From positions 4,773 through 68,772 of the forward strand of contig JALTFL010000004.1 in NCBI GenBank assembly GCA_027007025.1: a stretch of DNA of 64,000 nucleotides, written 5' to 3'. The position numbers and the translations under genes are program-made. Of the stretch, positions 61,016-64,000 are shown in pieces. This DNA is from Nanobdellati archaeon. Lineage in GTDB: Archaea; Nanobdellota; Nanobdellia; CSSed11-243R1. Under the pieces are notes generated by a model. It searched no databases. It was not told the DNA's origin and saw only the letters and a list, made by a program, of their open reading frames with translations. How positions within the stretch are numbered: the first letter of the stretch is position 1; every line of letters starts with the position of its first letter.

Positions 61016-61112
61016 AATGAAATACAGACTCATCGAAAAATCAATATAATAATATTTTAGTTAGAAAAAACCTATTTATTTAACAATCACATCAAACTTC
61101 TACTTCATCTAT

Positions 61113-62573
61113 TTACATATTAAATCCTTTATATGCATTAACTTTCCAAATGGATTTATACTTTCCATCATTGACTTCTTCGGGAAGCATATCTGCGATT
61201 GCAAAAATCGGCTTCTTTTCCCCAACAATATAGTTTATGTCCTCAATCTCTTCCGGCGACATAATAACATCAACCATAACAGTTCCATCCTTAGGTAAGT
61301 TAGAGGATGTCTTTCTTGGATTGTAAAGATGGATGTCTTTGCCAAGATTCTTTGAGATGGTATATCCAAGTGGAATTATGTTATTAGTTGCTCCTACTTT
61401 TTCCATTAAAATTGGTGTTGCACCTATATCTTTTAATCCATTTTCAAGATTTTTCAAAAATAATTTATTCTGTGGATTGGATGTAACTGAATGTGGAATG
61501 TCTATCGAGATTGGAGAATTTCCATAAGGAGTCACAAATAAACCTCTAAAATCACTTAGCCCCATAAACAAACCATTAACTGTTGATGAATTAAAATAGT
61601 TGAGGACAAAGCTTTCTCTTAATGTTTCGACAAACTGTCTTAGTTTGTTTGACATCTCCTCTGGAATTTGTTCTTCATCTTTATTATAAACTATATCTTT
61701 TTTTTCTTCAACAAGCTCATTTAATTTTTTGTATTCATTTTCAGGAATATTCTGATACAAAAAGTCGTAATGCAAGTAGTAAAACAATGCAGTACCAAAA
61801 GATTCAACCCCACGGGATCTTGCTTTCTGTAGATTGTAAATATTTTTTGTAAGCTGATATCTCTCACTCTGAGCATATTCAATTTCAACTTTTCTCATAT
61901 CTTTTTCAAAATTCTCTTGCAATGAATTGTTCTTCCAATCAACAAACACAGCATCTACATTATTAGGATGAATTTCTTGGTATATTAATTCGCTAAAAGC
62001 GTATTCTGGACCCGATTCAAAATTGTCAACCACAAATAATGTTTTTTTAGAGTGGCCCATTTTACCATTTTTAGAGTATCTATATAATAAATGCCTTGGA
62101 CTGCGAATCACAAAATTTTTTGACTCGCTTTGATTGACAAGCTCGGATAAAAACACAAGAGAACTAAGTCCTTCTTTACGCGGCTCCAAGAGAACGACTT
62201 GCTCAAATTTGTTTTCATTTATGTAATCCAACAATTCAGAAAATATTTTGTCCATGTTTTCTTTTTTCCCAATTTCCTGCGATGGAACAAAACTAAAAGA
62301 ATTGTATTCATCTACCAACTCATCTATAAATTTGCCATCAAATGGCGGCATGAGGAGATAGTCTTTAACGCCTTTAACTAACCTACTCATCTTCTCTTTA
62401 TTCATATAACCTCCCGTAGAATTATACAACAGATATTCCAAAATTAACCCGTCAAAAAGATAATTAATATCTTTTGAATTTAAATTTTCATTATTCATGG
62501 ATTCTAAGAAATCTTTTTTAATCGTTGAAATCGCTTTAACAGCCCCATCTAGATTATTATCAGACAATTTCAT
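61113..62573 (-). CDS. Hypothetical protein
   Basis: 486 aa, no signal peptide or motif recognised. Confidence 0.4.
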   Translation of the reverse strand: MKLSDNNLDGAVKAISTIKKDFLESMNNENLNSKDINYLFDGLILEYLLYNSTGGYMNKEKMSRLVKGVKDYLLMPPFDGKFIDELVDEYNSFSFVPSQEIGKKENMDKIFSELLDYINENKFEQVVLLEPRKEGLSSLVFLSELVNQSESKNFVIRSPRHLLYRYSKNGKMGHSKKTLFVVDNFESGPEYAFSELIYQEIHPNNVDAVFVDWKNNSLQENFEKDMRKVEIEYAQSERYQLTKNIYNLQKARSRGVESFGTALFYYLHYDFLYQNIPENEYKKLNELVEEKKDIVYNKDEEQIPEEMSNKLRQFVETLRESFVLNYFNSSTVNGLFMGLSDFRGLFVTPYGNSPISIDIPHSVTSNPQNKLFLKNLENGLKDIGATPILMEKVGATNNIIPLGYTISKNLGKDIHLYNPRKTSSNLPKDGTVMVDVIMSPEEIEDINYIVGEKKPIFAIADMLPEEVNDGKYKSIWKVNAYKGFNM

Positions 62574-62644
62574 TATACCACCTCACAAGTTAAACTACAC
62601 AATCTAATAAAAACTTTTTGTAATTCAAGAGTGTAAAAAATAGT

Positions 62645-63943
62645 TTAAATCAACCCCTTCTTGATTTTTTCCTCGAGGCGCAATTCCGCTTTTAGTCTGC
62701 CGAGCTCGTCGTCGCTCATGTTGCAAACCATGTATTTAGTCAAAAGCGGAAACTTTTCTTTCATTATTATGTACATCTGCCGCACTATGTTCCTGTATGA
62801 CTCATGCGCCTGCGGCGTCGTCCTTATCTTGACCAAATGGTACATCTCTCTCAAGTTTGCAGTCATCAAGTATCTTTTCTTAAACGCCAGCGGAACAATA
62901 TACTGTGCTTCGTAAGGATACTTTTCGTAAATTTTTCTGAAAAGCTTGTCCGCCTTCTGCATTATCTTGTCAAACTCTTCCTTAAATCCGGCTTCAACTA
63001 TGTCTTTTGGAATCGAATATCCGTTAAAAGTTGTAGTCATCTGCGGCGTCTGAGTGCAGATTCTGTGTCTCTGCAAGTCCCTGAACGCGCCATAATCCAT
63101 TAAGATATCCCAAGTGAAATAAACATGCTCAAGCTCGCGCATGGGCCAGTCGTGCGGACCCATCTTTTCCAAATAGCTATCAAATACTTTTTCTTTCTCT
63201 TTTTTTGGCATCTCTTTAACTTTATTTAAAACTTTTTCCATTGGCGCGTTTGAATACTTGTAAATAATCGCTGCAACAACTAAATCGTCAATGTCTTCCG
63301 AATGAGAAATCAAATTGACGGGTGTGCCACTCTCTTTTTCAAAATTATATTCTTTGACAAGCTCGCGCATATTGCTGTTGGTTTCAGATAGGTAATCATC
63401 TCTGTCGGCGTACTTCAAAAGGGATGGCAAAACCTTTTTTCCTTCCTCTCTAAGCATCTTTCCAATAACCTGCATCTTGTTTATCGGATGCGAAAGCAAC
63501 TTCTTTATGCCGTGGGCGAGTTCCCTAGCGTTGACTGTCCACCCCAAGCTCGTCATTGTCGCGGCAGGCAGGACATATCTAACAGCGTCAAACCTTCTGG
63601 CGGCGCACGCGCGCTCCCACGCTTTCTCTAATTGTCCCTCAGCAAGAGGCGCCGTCTTCTTCACATATTCCAAGACTGGCTCCTGGAGCTTTTCATAAAA
63701 GTCAAACAGCTCGTTAATCATATTCTCGACTTCCTCGCCGAACTCAGAATTTTTTAATTTTTCATCTATATAAAAAGAGTTCCTGTTGAAGTGAACATAT
63801 CTTGTTGACTTTTCTATGAAGGATGAAAGGCGGTTGTCCTCAATTACCTTTGTCGCTAAAATACTTACTCCCTCCAGCCCTATTCCGACGACTGCGCCTT
63901 CCGCGACTGAGGCGTGCCCATATCCGAGAACCCACTTGTCCAT
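62645..63943 (-). CDS. thyX: FAD-dependent thymidylate synthase (ThyX-like, apparently two-domain)
   Basis: RHR motif (LQRHRICTQT) in the C-terminal half, ThyX-like GYGHASV and S..RY elements in the N-terminal half; N-terminus lies near the window edge. Confidence 0.6.
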   Translation of the reverse strand: MDKWVLGYGHASVAEGAVVGIGLEGVSILATKVIEDNRLSSFIEKSTRYVHFNRNSFYIDEKLKNSEFGEEVENMINELFDFYEKLQEPVLEYVKKTAPLAEGQLEKAWERACAARRFDAVRYVLPAATMTSLGWTVNARELAHGIKKLLSHPINKMQVIGKMLREEGKKVLPSLLKYADRDDYLSETNSNMRELVKEYNFEKESGTPVNLISHSEDIDDLVVAAIIYKYSNAPMEKVLNKVKEMPKKEKEKVFDSYLEKMGPHDWPMRELEHVYFTWDILMDYGAFRDLQRHRICTQTPQMTTTFNGYSIPKDIVEAGFKEEFDKIMQKADKLFRKIYEKYPYEAQYIVPLAFKKRYLMTANLREMYHLVKIRTTPQAHESYRNIVRQMYIIMKEKFPLLTKYMVCNMSDDELGRLKAELRLEEKIKKGLI

Positions 63944-64000
63944 GAATTTAATTGCCTTGTTTATGGCATTGTCAATTCTTATCTGTGATTCTTTGTTCTT

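Overview
AT-rich archaeal chromosomal segment (split rpoB, intron-containing tRNAs, lysine-rich proteins; plausibly a small-genome DPANN-like archaeon, lineage not determinable from sequence alone). Most of the window is core information-processing: EF-1alpha, S12, S7, EF-2, NusA, L30e, RNA polymerase A'', A', B', B'' and H, L44e, S27e, aIF2alpha, Nop10, GINS, primase, PCNA, TFS, RpoL, Nop5, fibrillarin, thermosome, RFC large and small, a class I aaRS (probably IleRS), TBP, MCM, GlyA and ThyX. The most unusual content is (1) four tRNA genes on the minus strand carrying introns, three of them (Asp, Tyr, Pro) with two or three introns each, including D-loop and T-loop introns; (2) a family of purine/pyrimidine-stem hairpin repeats that populate those introns and several intergenic regions; (3) a serpin gene bracketed by tRNA genes; (4) a six-gene co-directional block of secreted, lipobox and membrane proteins that includes an HExxH protein; (5) a short module next to the thermosome gene consisting of a coiled-coil protein, a 33-aa pilin-like peptide and a secretion-ATPase-like protein with a degenerate P-loop. 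All calls are made by eye from the translations and sequence; no searches were run.
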